Part shown: positions 40,791-54,423 of the stretch, one piece after another
Numbering within the stretch: the stretch's first letter is position 1
How the letters are laid out: every line of letters starts with the position of its first letter
Assembly: GCA_051294375.1 (NCBI GenBank)
Contig: JBJCIZ010000239.1
Span: forward strand, 6,681,545-6,745,544
Length of the DNA stretch: 64,000 nt
Direction: 5' to 3'
DNA from: Paraspadella gotoi
Lineage: Eukaryota > Animalia > Chaetognatha
Program-made: the position numbers and the translations under genes
Notes under the pieces: model-generated
The model's database searches: none
The model's input: only the letters and a program-made list of their open reading frames with translations
Told to the model about the DNA's origin: nothing

Positions 40791-42612
40791 ATGCCGGTGA
40801 GCGCGGAACGGGCCGGAGTCGATCTCCACTTTTACCTCAACCTCTTTAACGAGAAACAGAACGATATGCCTCAAGAGTCTGGCGCCATTTGCGCCGTGGA
40901 GACTCTTCTCTCCTTCCTCAAAGAGTCACCGGCCAAAACCCTGCAGGAGCTCGTCAACGACGTCCGACGAATCAAGGATCACCTCTGTCGGGAGATCGAG
41001 ACGCCCTCCACGCCCGTCCGCTCGGGATGCGAGCTTTTTCTCAGGTAAAATACCTTTTATTTTTTTATTTTTTTAGTAAGTCATATGCGTTTTTATGGTC
41101 TGAAAGTCTGTGTTGATATTATGTATATTAAAAAGTTAAACTGAAAAAATTGCATTACGGAAAATAGATTGAATCACTCATTCTTAGACGTAAAGGTGTA
41201 GTAACAAAAAGGAGTTCGAATCGAGGTGTGAAAGAGCTACGTTCTTATTTTTTTTCTCTTGGATTCACCATTTGTTTAAAGATTCGTCACCCTCGCCAAT
41301 CAAGGTCTCGAAGAGACAAACTTTGAAAAGACGAAGCAGTTGCTCGTCGAGCGTGGCCGAGACTATTTCGGCAAGTGCTCCCACGCCAAACCGCGCATCG
41401 CCCGACTCGGGGCGCCCTTCCTGCCCGACGGCGCCACGGTGCTGACGCACTCGCGATCGCGCGTCGTCGCCGAAGTGCTCAAGGCCGCCGTCACCGGAGG
41501 GAACCGGGTGAGCGTCTACGTGACGCAATCGGCGCCGGACGATTCTGGCCTCGAGATGAAGAGGATCCTCGACGACTGCGGGATTTCCACCACCGTCATT
41601 CTCGACAGGTTTGGCGTTTGAGGGTGGGTCAGGGTAGATGGGGGAAAGGGGTCACAAGACCTCTCGGTAAATCTCCGCTTTTCCTCAAACCCAACCCATC
41701 GCAATGGAAATTTGATTTCGGCAGGGTGTTTAGTAGTTGGTTTTTTTGTTGTTGTTGGAAATTACTTGTTTTTGTTTTCTTTAGGTCTTTCTCTCTGTGA
41801 ATCAGTCTGTCCGTCTTCGTATTTTCCCGTCTCTATCTTTATTCTTGGACACAGAATGAATTGAATGCAAAAACTATTACCTAAAATAAAATCCTACAAA
41901 AATATTTGTATTGTGGCGGTATATTCTCACCGCCTCACATCCACCATTGTGCAGCCAATCCCATTGGCTCAGAGGGGAACACACCATCCCAGGCGTAGTG
42001 TTCCATCCACAGTCCTAACGACTTCCCTCTGCGTTGGCAAAGCGAGATCGTCCTTGGGTAACCGCTTCAGTGACTGGAGGTGTCACTGAGGGTCGGAAGC
42101 CCCCATAGCCAACAGCGAGATGCCCCATTCAATGGGCATCACGGGCAACCCGGCTGTTGCCAAGTATATGTAAACCACTACCTTCAGTCCGCTGCCATCT
42201 CTTTATTCCTCATCTTCTTTCCTCTCCTCTTTCTCCTCCTTCCAGCGCGGTCGCCTACATCATGGAGAAGGTCGACGTGGTCCTCGTGGGCGCGGAGGCG
42301 GTAGTCGAGAGCGGCGGCGTCGTCAACAAGATCGGCACCTACGGCGTCGCCATCGCCGCCCACGCCCTCAAGAAGCCCTTCTACGTGGCGGCGGAGCATT
42401 TCAAATTTGCCAAGCTCTTCCCGCTCAGCCAGGCCGACCTGCCGGACGAGTGCAAGTACAAAGGCAGCGTCCTCCGCTCCGGTGACCGGCTCGAGGAGCA
42501 GCATCCCCTCGTCGACTACACGCCGCCCGAGTACATCACCTTGCTCTTTACGGACTTGGGAGTGTTGACGCCGACGGCTGTGAGCGAGTATTTGATAGAC
42601 TTGTATTTGTGA
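40791..42612 (+). CDS. EIF2B1: Translation initiation factor eIF2B subunit alpha
   Basis: Exons 40791-41044, 41282-41608 and ~42246-42612. Motifs SGCELFLRF, VLTHSRSRVV, VDVVLVGAEAVVESGGVVNKIGT, DYTPPEYITLLFTDLGVLTPTAVSEYLIDLYL. Confidence 0.95.
41910..42180 (+). repeat. Structured element B in EIF2B1 intron 2, related to element A
   Basis: Starts ATTGTGGCG. Hairpins GGCGGT/ACCGCC, AGCCAAT/ATTGGCT, GGAACAC/GTGTTCC, TCAGTGAC/GTCACTGA, and CAACAGC/GCTGTTG enclosing GATGCCC/GGGCATC. TATA-like sequence at 42165. Confidence 0.45.
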
Positions 42613-43124
42613 CGGTTTTTAATTTATTTGCTAACGAATGACGGTAGTTGATAGCGTTTAGACTTTAAGTGTCCACTGTCCAAGGACCACCGTTAATTTC
42701 TTTGTTACTCCAGGTATTACATTAATGCGCTACTAATTTGAAAAAATGACCAAAAAAAATGTCCTCGTCCACGAAATGAGGCACGACGCGGTTTAATGAG
42801 CGTCGTTGATTGCGCTTAAGTCAGAGAGGCAAAAATCGCCGCTTTTTTTAAGACCCGACGTGCTTAAAAAAAGTGAAGAACACGGAAATTACTGCAACAA
42901 CAAAAATCGCTTAAAAAAAACTCACGATTTGTCGTCGAATCGACAAAAAAAAACAACAACAACAATCCTCAAAAACTAGAGAGAAAAACTCGTTCCTCTT
43001 ATCCGATTCGCAACTTACCTTCTTTACTTTTTCCGTTCCTTTTCGCGTGCAATGCCGATTATTTCGTCGCTGTCGAACTCCACCGGACCCTCGTCTAGCG
43101 TCTTTAGCATTTATTATTACCGCG

Positions 43125-46100
43125 ATGTACACTTCAAGTGCCCTCATTCAAATAGTCGACAATGACGGCGCCGCGCAGAAGATGGTATTAGTATTACTTG
43201 ATTTTAGATTGTATCTGGGTTTTTGAATATTTAGGTCTTGTCGCCGCCGAGTGTTAACTTCCTTACCTCATCCAGGATCGCGCTCGCCGACAGCAGCAGC
43301 ATCTGGAGCAGTGGGTCCCCGCGGCGGCGACTGCGGCATCGTTCGGCGGTCGTCAACCGGAGGCGGACCCGCCCAACGACGGTCCCCGGCCCTCTCCGAC
43401 CGGCGCCCCGACCAACGTTCGTCACTCGCCGGGCATCCTGCGGCGGAACCGGCGACGCAGCGGCGACAGCGTCGAGCTTAACGGCGCCGCCGTCCCGCTG
43501 ACCACCTCCGCCGTCGAAGCTCACGACGCCTCTTTTCAAGATCGAATTGAGCCGACCTACGCGGTGCCGCACAAAAAGACTGGTGAGAGAGTCTTTGCTG
43601 CCGGAGCTTCTGCCGTAGTTTTGTTAGCAATCGTTCTCATGGTTGAGCAATTCCTTAGGTACCGACGCTCTCATAGAGTCTTTGAACGCGAGCCCGAGTC
43701 GGCAAAGACAATATCACAGGAGCAGAACCTCAACGGGACAGTATACTAAAACGGTGAGTTGATCGGCGCAGTCCCAAATACTATGCCATTCACTGCTGTT
43801 TATATTAACTTTCTCTCGCTCTCACTTGCCAGACTGCCCGTGATCGATCTCTAGATAAATCTACGGAACGTTATCTTCTTGCCAAAGACTCCCACGGCGT
43901 TGCCGCCAGCGCTAACCTCTCGCATCTGCGGTAAGAACTTGGAGGCAATCGCATAATGACCTATGTGGCTATGCCAAATACCCAATGCCAATACCGGTTT
44001 TTGTTGCGTGAAACGGATGTGAAAATGTGACATTGTGAACTTGTTGCGTCCACAACATCTACTACTTACGTATATTTAAATTGAAATTAGTTTCACTCCT
44101 TATCCATATTTCTATTGTTCCTTTTATTTATGAAATAGGTAGAAGCAATACAAAAATTATTCATTCCTTTAATAACTAAGCTATCTTGCCACTTTCTCGA
44201 ACAGGCTATCATATCCGATATTTAATATTCTTTCACTCGGTCCAAATCCCTCAATCCGATTGGCAGAAGCAGCGAAGAAGCGCTTCATCTAACCCACACC
44301 TACGCCGACGCGGGAGACTCAAAAGGCTTTGGCTTTCTCGACGGGGCGACCGCCGACTGGTTGGTAAGTCAAGTAAGCCCGGGGCGGGTTCTTATAAGAT
44401 CATTTGACCAATACTAACTGCCGATCGTCGAGTTATTCCATCAAGCGTCGGATTTTGTTGGACGATGCTATAGTCGGAGAGAGCGAGTGAGAGCGTGACG
44501 ATCAATTGACTAGCGGTCGGGAATCGGAATCTTCCTCCGTTTCCTCAAAATATAATTTTGATTCCCTTTTATTTCCCCCCTCTCTCTTTCCCCCCTCCCC
44601 AGTCTTCCGCCAAGTCTAACACCCTCGGCCGAGGCTATTCCGTCGACAAGGAGTATCCCGGATTCGCTGAGGGCGGCGGCCGACGTCCCGACGTCGCCGA
44701 TGCCTTTGACGCCCATCCCTTCGCTTTTTCTCCGCGCGGGCAGGGCCTCAATTATCATCCGCCGGTGAGGAAAGGGGTCTAGATTAGATTTTTTCTAGTA
44801 TTTATAATGAAATTGGTACAACCAATATAAAAAATATTCATTCATTTCATTAATAAGCTATCTTGCCCCTGACTTTAGACAGGCTTTGGTGGTTTAAGGC
44901 CTCCAACACTCTTACAAGATAATGACAGAGCAGGTCCCTGCAAGCTTTCTATCAAGACTCTCTCAGTCTCGTTTATTCACTCCCAGATTACCTTGCTTCC
45001 CTATCAATGAAGTGGTATAATGTTTCAAAGAATGTTTCAATTGTGTGAAAAGACCACTCCCTTAAGTATTAGTACTATATTGTACTCCTCCCAGCATCAA
45101 AATACAAGGAGCTGAATTTTATGAAATTGGTACAACCAATTCATTTAATATTTATTTAAATAACCTATCTGGCTCCTGACTTTGTACAGGCTTTGGTGGT
45201 TTACGGCCTCCATGTGTATGTATATAAATTTTATAATCTATTTACAATTTAACGAATAATCTTTTTTTCCACCGAGACAATGGTCATTGCTGTATTTTTT
45301 GCTTTACAATTATTAGTAGTTAAATTTGAACTGAATGGACGGATTTATTGGTTCTAAAACTCCTCCTCCGTAAATCCACTTCATCGAATTAATTTGACAT
45401 TTACTCTCGGTTCGATACCAAAAAAAATATTTTTTGACCATTAGAATTTGTTTCGCTCTCGTGAGTCGTGACCAGAAGAGAAAACTTACATAACCAATTT
45501 AAATTCTTTTCTTTTCCCCTCCCCTCAGGTTTCTCGCAACATTTCCGCCGTGGCCGCAGCCGGATCCGTCTCGGCGGCTTCGTCGGTGTCTGGCTCGGCG
45601 CAGTCGCTGACGCCGGGCGCCGCCAGCGCCGCCGCCGACTCTCACTTCAATCCCGGCGCCGCGAAACCGTCGCTCTTCGACGAAATCTATTTGCCTGGTG
45701 AGGAACCGTAGGAACGAAATAGTTAAAAAACAATAAATTAGCAATTTAATTTAAAAGTTATTTAAAATAATACTAAATTAAAACGTGTATTAAATCAGAA
45801 TCAAATTTGCGTACAATGCAGTGAAAGAAAAACAATAGAAAATGGTTATTTTAGGTAAAAAATATTTCTTCCTATTACGTATGTATTTTTTTATTCCCTC
45901 TAAATCTCGAAAGTAAAAAATTCAAGAATTGGGGGGCGGCAGGGGAATGGAAGGGGTAACGGAAATGGGGGAGGAGGGTGTGGAAGAATTTATTTTATTT
46001 TCGATTTCTCGGATTCTTTTTTTTTCTTTTTTTTATGTCGTTTTCGTTGTCTTCCTTGAATGATATCGTTTTTTTCGGGGAAGGGGGGGGTGGAGGGAGG

Positions 46101-46602
46101 AGGCTCACAACTGGTTTCGGTTTGCGGCTTTTTTTTTTTTTTTTTAATCTAAACGTAACCTCTGAGATGAATGATGCGGTTTGTACTCGGATTCTTTTTC
46201 TGCAAAGCTTGTCCAGCTTTTAAATTACCCCCCCCCGTTTTAGTTTTTATCATCTCTCGTTCTCAATCTCGCTGCTTAGAATTAGATTATCGCGGATGAA
46301 GATTCGAACGAAGAAATCGGCGTCATGTTTTCGTAGGAGAGAGGATCTCTCTTGAAAAAACATGATGATTGTGGAAAAGGAAATCTCTACCACGATATAG
46401 TCGAACGAATTCCAGAATTTCCAAATAAGTCGATTCGTTGAATGATTTATGCTTTTTTTTTACCGCGCGCGACTCGAGAGAAAGAGAGAGAGAATGTTTA
46501 AAAGTAAATATTTCGAGTTAAAATTTTTTTGTTATTTTTTGGGGGGGGGAATAAAGGCCGTAAAATGTTTTTCGTTCATCACTTTTTCTTCTTCAATATC
46601 AG

Positions 46603-46662
<60 letters not shown>

Positions 46663-49600
46663 GAAAAGTTATTTTCAAGATTTTTAATTGTATTTTGAAC
46701 ATCGTAATTTAACTGTACTTTCTTTAAAAGGCTTATTTAATAGGCCGCAATAGGCGTGGCCAAGGCCGTATCTGTTTTATACATTCAATACATTCTCTCA
46801 TCGTTTTACCCTAGAGTGTCCGCGCAGAGGTTACCGTATTTGTTTTCGTTCGAGACCGGATCTCTTTATCTTCTCCCTTCTTTCCCTTCTCCTTGTTTTT
46901 AAAGGCTACTTGATCTCTTGCGACGTTTGGTTCGCACTTGTCCAAAACATCCTGATAATGTAACGTGATAGCTTTTACTCCCGCTTGGGGCTTGGGCTGC
47001 CAAGTTTAATTTTTACTGAAAATTTTAACAGCTTAACTTTCAACTCGGTTTTTTTTTCGCTCTTCGTTTTGCTTTTCCTTCGTTAACTAGAGAGAGTGAG
47101 AGAAACACTCTCTTAATCTCGTTAACGAGTATATTTCAGGTTCTTTTTCTTTCTTTCTCGCTCGCTCTCTCTCTTTCTCAACATTCAAACTCTAATTTAT
47201 AGCCGATTTTTTTCCCTTGCGCTAGTATTTTTTTTTCGTTCGGCGTACGACGTACGTATGTTTATTGTACTTACAATTCAAACTCGCCACTATCCAAAGT
47301 TTCGATTTATATTTACGGAAAATACTTGGCGAAGGAGAGAAAAAAAAACATTTTCAATTTTTCATCGCTCTCCGATCACACACTGAATTTTCATGTTTTT
47401 TTTTTTGTTTTCCCCCCGGCGCACGAGATCGGATGTGTGTAAGAGAGAATATGTGTGAGTTGGTGTGTTTACGGTCTCACGAATCGAAAACTTTAAAAGT
47501 TGACAAAGTCGAATCTTCCCTTCCCTTCGTACAAAAACTCGAAAACTGAAATCTTTTTTCTTTTTTCTCGAATGAGCCGCGTCCTGTTTAATGAAGCCAA
47601 GAAAGGTCGATCCGAACTGAATCCACTCATCAAATTCCTCTCTCTCTCTCTCTCTCGCTCGAACGGAATGAATCAAAATCCTACATAAATATTTTAAATT
47701 AAATGATAATATATTAATCGTCGATTTAAATGGATAATAAAACTATTGAAATCATAAAGATGAATGAAGTAAAGTTGGATAAACCTCGTATCCAAAAGTC
47801 AGGTAAATGACATTTTAGAAAATCATCAGTTTTTAAGCCCTGTATGTCGAGCCCGTTAGTTTACATTTATTACATTGAACACATACAAATTTATAAGACC
47901 CATAATCGTTTCCAGGGCAACGATCAAACCGAGACTCGGGATCCCTCATCCTCGACCTCCAAACTCAGGTAAGAAAACTATTTCGTGTCCGGGAATTAAC
48001 TTTTTTGGTTAATGTACTCAAAACGTAATTTTTACTAGTTTGTAAATCATCTAAGAGTACCGAAAATCTTTCGATGTTTATTGATTAACGAAGGATTCGA
48101 TATTCGACGGGATCATGTTATCTGCTCGCTGATTAATACTCAAAAGATAAGCGCCACCGGCGTTTAAGTTCACGCTCGGATCTCGGTTTTGAATGAAATT
48201 AATGGAAAGATTCCACGTTCACAAAGTTGGTTTAAAAATTAAAATTCAAAAATTTCAATGAATGTCTCCTCGGACCAGGTCCTGGACCTTCAACGCGATG
48301 CGGCGATGTTGCGGCAGGATCTCGACGCCGCCAACACGAAACTAGCCTCCTCCATGAACTCCATCAAAACCTTTTGGAGCCCCGAGCTCAAAAAGGAACG
48401 CTCATTGCGAAGGGAGGAATTGCAGGTGAGAATTATTAATCTCTAGAATTTAATACTTATTTAAAATTTGAATATTTGCTATCAGGACTGTTTGAATGAC
48501 ATGTTTAAAAACAAAAAAAACGTCCGAATATAAGCAGTCCCTGAGGATCAGACTGTAACACCGTGTTACAGGCGGGTTAAGCGCCCCGTCCCTCTTAACT
48601 GCTAGGCGACCAACGTGCTAGAACCCCGGACCTTTGGGTTGGGAGGCGAATGACTTGCCTCCGGCACCAATGGCCGCTGATGAACGGTTGGTGGATTTTT
48701 GTCCACCATATCTTTTTATTTTCTTTTTCTCCTTAGAAACTAAACTCCCTGAAGGAAGAGTTGAGCAAAGCGCAGGAGGCGACGCTGAAGCAGGCGGAGA
48801 CGATCGCCAAGTTAGAGGCCGAGTTAGAAGAGAGGCAGGCCCTCGTCGACAAGGCCGTCGAGGCGGAGGAAAAGCGCGTCGGGAGGCTCAACACGATCAA
48901 GAGGATTCAGGCTCAACTCAACAAAGAAGGTTGGAAATACGGGGATGAAATGATACTGATTAAGCTCGTTTCTTCTTAATATTTATTACATTTTCATTGA
49001 TGTATGATTTTTTTGAGTGCATTTAAAATTTCGAACGTTTCAGAGGGAGAGAGCGAGCCAGACTCTCCGTCGTCGACGAGCGATTCCAAGGAGCTCTTCA
49101 TCCTTCGGAAGACGCTGGCCGAGTTGGAGCTGCGCATCGAGACGCAGAAGCGAACGCTGGCCGCGCGCGACGAGAGCGTAAGGCGACTTCTTGAAATGCT
49201 GCAGGTGAACGTTCGTTGTATTTCTTGGGAGTCATCGGTGTATTTTCGTTCTGCGGGATAAAAGTAAGTTAATAAAACTAACTTTTCACATATTTATTTT
49301 TTCAAGTTTCTTCATTAACTAGGTCCAAGGAATCCTGACCCCGGCCCATATCGAGAAACTGGACGCCGACAGGCGAGACGCGGAAAGCCTTCGGGTTCGT
49401 CTTGTAGAGGAGGAAGCGGCCAAGAAGAAGATGGAACTCGATCTCAAGGCCAAGGAGGCCGAGTCGCAGAGGCTCAAACAGGTTGCACTCTCATGAAGAA
49501 AAATAGTTTACAATATTAATATAATCATTATTTACCTCCCCCGACTCCAATTTCCCACCGCAGGATTTGGCTGTGAACCTAGAAAAATTGCTGCAGCTTC

Positions 49601-52600
49601 AGGCGGAGTTCGACGCTCTGTCGTCGACGGCGACGCATCATGCGGAGACCCCCGCGTCGGCGACGTTGTTGGGAATCCTGGAAAACAAGGAGAAGACGAT
49701 CGCCAGTCTGGAGGCGCGCGTGGAATCCTTGCAGTCCGAGGTTGGATGGTGGATAACGTGCGGGGTGACTCGTGGGGGAGGCGGAGAGGGGTGGGCTTCC
49801 GCAGCATGCCTCTTTTGACCTCAATCCTGTATTCGATCCCAGGTGGGCGTGATGCGCGAAGATTGCGGGTTCGGCAAGGCCAAGGAGATGCCCCGTTTCG
49901 GCATCGGCGCCGTGCCCGATCTCGTCGACAACGGTTCCGCCTTTAAGACGATGGACGCCCTCAGGAAGCAAGAGAAAGAGTTGAGAACAAAGATCGAAAC
50001 TATGGAGGTACAAACCTTTTTGCTCGCGTTGTATCGATATTTGAGTTGAATCAATTTCCTCGTCACTTGAATTTAAAAAAAAATTTACGTCCTTTTTATA
50101 AATCGTAGTCGTCATTCAATAATTACCAATTTCATAATAAATAATAATGATAATAATGATAATTTTTATTTATATATTTCGTAATTTCATCTCCGTAAAC
50201 GACTATTTCGTTTTCTCCCCTGTTCAGGTCGACATGACAGAGCTCAAGGCCGAGTTGGCTAAGAAGGACACGGAAATCTTTCGCCTCCAAAGTCAACTGG
50301 AAACTCTACAGAAACAAGCCTCCGACAGACATCAGCACATCAAGGTGCTGAAGGAGACGGTCGCCGCCAAGGAACAACATTCTGCCTCCTTGCAGGTTCG
50401 TACAGATGGCGAAATGAGCCGATCGCCAATTCCGCAATCGTTTTCATGGTCAGATTTTCTATTAATTTTTAATTTAATTTTTAGAAGTAAAATTTTTACT
50501 TTTAAATTACGTAATTAAATTAAATTAAATTAAATTACAAGCTTAACGAGTTGGCGTTTTTTTTTCGATTTAACCCGCACCTTCCTTTCTCTCCGTCAAG
50601 ACCGAGGTTGATGAGCTGCGCAGCCGCCTGGACGAAAAAGAATCGACGCTGGACAAGTCGCGACGGCAGCTGCAGCAGCTGCGGACGGAGAAAGCGGGCC
50701 TCGACGAGGAGCGCGGGGAATTGGGCGAGGCCCTCGACCTCAAGGAGAAGAAGATCTCCTTGCTGCAGAGTCGCATGGAGGGGCTCGAGGAATCCATGAA
50801 GACTCGCGAGGAGGAGCTCTCCCAGTTGCGGACGCGGCTGGCCAGCCTGCAGGATCAGTCGACCGCCGCCGACGGGACCATTCTCACCCTGCAGGAGCAG
50901 CTGGCAGAGAAGGAGCGACAAATCAAACGCATCAAGGAGCAACGAGACCGCGCCGAGCGGGAAAAGGGCGAGGAGGCGGCCCAGATGCAAAAGAGCAGCA
51001 CCGAGCAGATCGCCAAGGCTGAGGATCTGCGGCGGCAGCTCGACGAAAAGACGAGCGAACTCACGGATCTCAGGTGGTGAAAGGTTTTGGAACGGGCTGA
51101 TGGGTTATATAAGATAATAACAGTAATTCGTTAAGTATTTAATAAATCTGATTAAGGGTATCTGGAAGATGCACCTTCTCAATTTCAGTTGGAAAATCTT
51201 GCATGGTGATTGGCGAACGTCTGACTTTTTTTTCTGTTTCTCAGGCAAGAAAATGCAACACTCCGCGCGGCGGCGCTTCGCCGTGATGCGCAGCTCAACG
51301 CCGCAGAGGCCGATGCAGCGTCAAAGGTTGAGGAGCTCTCTGCATTGCGGGAGCAGCTGGAGAAGCTGCGGGCCTCCTCCAGACTCAAGGAGGGATCCGT
51401 GGAGCAAGTGGCATCCTTGGAGCAGCAGGTCAAGTAGTTTTCTCATTAACTTATTGGGATTTTCACGATTTTCGATCCCGAACCCGCAAGGCTTTTTTCC
51501 GAGAGCGGCGAAAGCCCCCCAAAGGTAGCGGCGGTTTGTATGTTTGAGAATATTCAGAGAGAAGGAAAAATCATAGAACAATTCGGTAAGGTTCCACACG
51601 TCAGAGGGGCTTAAACTTGGAGTAAAGTTTACGTGCTTGTCCTTTATTTCGAAAGCTTATCTTTAGTTTCGTATAAAGGAAACTCTATCACGCGTTAAGG
51701 GACCTCCAATGAAAAAGAGGCGAAGAGGAATAACGGCAGGAGTAGAATGGAGGGAGGAGGAGAAAGAAAGAAGGAATTAAAGAATTATGCGATTGCTATT
51801 AAAAGCTGAATAGAGCGTCCTTGTTTTCATTTCTTCGCCTTCCTTCCCTCATCTACCATTTCTTTCTTATTCTTTCATTTCGGTTTCCCTCTCACAACCC
51901 TTAAACGACCCTCCCTCCCTCGACAGGTCTCCCAAGGAGCGGAAAAACTGGCCAAGGCGGAAGCGGAGGTGGAGCGTCTTCGATCCATCCTCAGTCATAT
52001 GGAGAACGAGAAGAACGAACAGGAGAAACACATTCGCGAGTTGCAGGATCAGGTGAAGGAGAGTAACAAGAAGATGGCCTCGCTCAAAAGAACTCACCAG
52101 GCGGAGAAGAAGAAGAGCGCCCAGATGTTGGAAGAGGTGAGTTTGGGGGAAAGGTTGGGTTGGGTGGTGGGGCTAGTGGGGTTGGGGGGGGAGGGCCTGG
52201 GGAATTCTTGGGTTGTGACGATGGTCTTTTTCTTTTGTTCGGAGCAGGCGAGAAAACGAGAAGGCGATTTGGACGAGGGAAAGTCGAATTTGGCCACGGA
52301 GTTGTCGAAAAAGGTGATGCCTGATGGTGTCTGGTGTCTTATAAAATACTTTTGTTTATTCATTTAGTATTTTTATTTTTCTTTATAACTAGTTTGACAA
52401 TATGGTAATATTTATTTTATTTTTGATCGACTAATGAATATTGATTTTTTTTCTTAACCTCTAAATATTATTGACCAAATGACATTCTGTCTTTGAAGTT
52501 ATTGAAGTGAAAATTAGTCGACACGAGTTAAAACTAAATACGTAAATAAGTTTTAAAAGTCCATTAATTTGAATTGAATTGAATTATTATCCATTTGTCT

Positions 52601-54018
52601 TCTTATGATATAATTTTTTGCCTCCCTCCTTATATTACCTTAGTTTTCCTTACCAACTCGTACCTATCATTCTGCTTCCTCCTTTCAATCCTTAGGGCGA
52701 CCGCATCGAAGAGCTGGAAGAAGCGCTTCGCGAAAGCGTGGCCATCACGGCGGAGCGGGAGATGGCGATGGCCGAGCAGCAGGATCACATCAAGGAAGCG
52801 GAGCGACAGATCGGCAGCCTCCACGCGGAGGCAGACGCGCTGCGCCGATCCTGCGCCGAGTATCGCGACCGCATGGACGCGCTTTCGAAGCGACTCGAGG
52901 ATCGCGACGCTCGCCTCGCCGCCCTCACCAAGGAGCGCAACAAGCAGCTCAAGGAGGTCTTCGAGATGAAGCAAGAGGCCATCCAAGCCGCCATCTCGGA
53001 GAAGGATGCCAACATCGCCCTATTGGAGATGTCGACAACGAAGAAGCAGAGCTATCAGGTATTGGAAAGAGGGAGTTGTGTAGTTTTTATAGCCAAGTAA
53101 TGGGAGGTGAGTAAACCTCTCTATTCGTCTTCCCCCTATCTCTAAATCTCTTTCACGGCTTGTTTTGAAGAATTGTATTAGTATTTTCTATTATGCCACT
53201 GAAGATCGTAGCGTATGTAGCATATGTCGAAATAAATAGTTTTGAAAAAAAACTTATACGTTAAAAAACATTTCGTTGTTTTTATTTCTCAGGAGGAAAT
53301 AAATCGTCTCAACGAAGAGAAGGCCGGTTTGCAGAAACAGTTGAAGGAACTGCAGACGTCGCGGGCGCGTCTCATGTCATCCACGGCCTCTGGCGGGCGA
53401 CGGCCCCTCGACGAGGAGCGCGGTCGAGGACGCGACGACGAGCGCCTGGAGGAAGATGACAGGTTGCTGTCGTCGTCGTTGATGTTGTTCTTTCGTGCGG
53501 AATATGTTAAGATTTTTTTCATTATTGTATTCTTTTTTTTTTTTATATTACAGCGTGTTTTAAAATTGTCAAAGTATGTAACAGCCCCCGACCTTTTTAT
53601 TTACACCAATCGCCAATCCCTCGTGGGATCACATTTGCTTTCGACATTCATTGAAAACGTAAAAACGATCTACGAATATACATTTGTTTCACGCGGTATT
53701 TCACGACACGTGGCATAACGTGAATACGAAAACAAAACGCTTCCCTCCCCCAGGACGATCCATTTACCTCCCTGCTTAACCACGAGCACTTGACCGGTGT
53801 CTGGGGCAAAGAACTTTTTTGTAACATGATCGCTATATTTATTTCGGCGCAGACGAACGGAGGAGGCCACGGCGTCGACGACCACAACGACAACAACAAC
53901 TACAACAACGACGAACGGAGATTCGAATAAGCTCGAGGACGAGGCGTCCGTCAAGTCTCGGCGACGACTTGGCGACGAAGATGAGGAGGAAGAAGACGAG
54001 GACGGAATTTGGGCTTGA
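43125..54018 (+). CDS. ERC1: ELKS/ERC/CAST-family active-zone coiled-coil protein
   Basis: ~22 in-frame exons from MYTSSAL (43125). Conserved ILDLQTQ, KLASSMNSIKTFWSPELKKER, LFILRKTLAELELRIETQKRTLAARDESVRRLLEMLQ, RIEELEEALRESVAITAEREM and EMKQEAIQAAISEKDANIALLE. Ends DEDGIWA* (RIM-PDZ ligand) at 54018. ERC1 vs ERC2 cannot be distinguished. Confidence 0.9.
44806..45211 (+). repeat. Dispersed ~220-bp repeat family (AATGAAATTGGTACAACCAAT head): full copy plus adjacent partial copy
   Basis: 44806-45028 and 45121-45211; degenerate copy at 44130-44207; inverted copy at 56742-56959; fragment at ~17186-17211. Confidence 0.85.
48520..48678 (-). mobile_element. tRNA-derived SINE-like element in an ERC intron
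   Basis: Minus strand reads GCGGCCATTGGTGCCGGAGG (A-box-like)...CTCCCAA...AGGTCCGGGGTTCTAGCAC (B-box-like), followed by a non-tRNA body. The acceptor stem is not intact. Confidence 0.55.
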
Positions 54019-54203
54019 AAATGGACGCACGGACATAAAATGGACGCACGGACATGAAATGGACGCACGGACATGAAAAAACAATTCTCTATACGCAAGA
54101 ATCCTCTTGTTCATTTACGCGCCCATGTATCACCCCGAATTTCGAAGATTCCTTAACAGTTATGAAAGATAGAAAGAGGCGTATGAAAGATAGAAAGAGG
54201 CGT
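54018..54203. repeat. Short tandem repeats in the ERC 3' UTR
   Basis: 3x AAATGGACGCACGGACAT(A/G) at 54018-54076 and 2x TATGAAAGATAGAAAGAGGCG at ~54161-54203. Confidence 0.85.
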
Positions 54204-54323
54204 TCTGTCTTAGAACTAAATTCTCCATATTTCTATCGTCTTCAGCGAACGGAAAGTTGCGTCAAAAAATTTCGTGGGCGTGGCTTCGTCCCTTTTTTTT
54301 TCTTTTTGAGATTATTCCCGTTC

Positions 54324-54423
<100 letters not shown>

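Noticed and set aside
43125-45698. A separate gene upstream of ERC
   Set aside because: Its exons splice in consistent phase into the conserved ERC ILDLQTQ exon at ~47916.
48600-48678. Functional tRNA gene
   Set aside because: The boxes are degenerate, there is no intact acceptor stem, and a SINE-like body follows.
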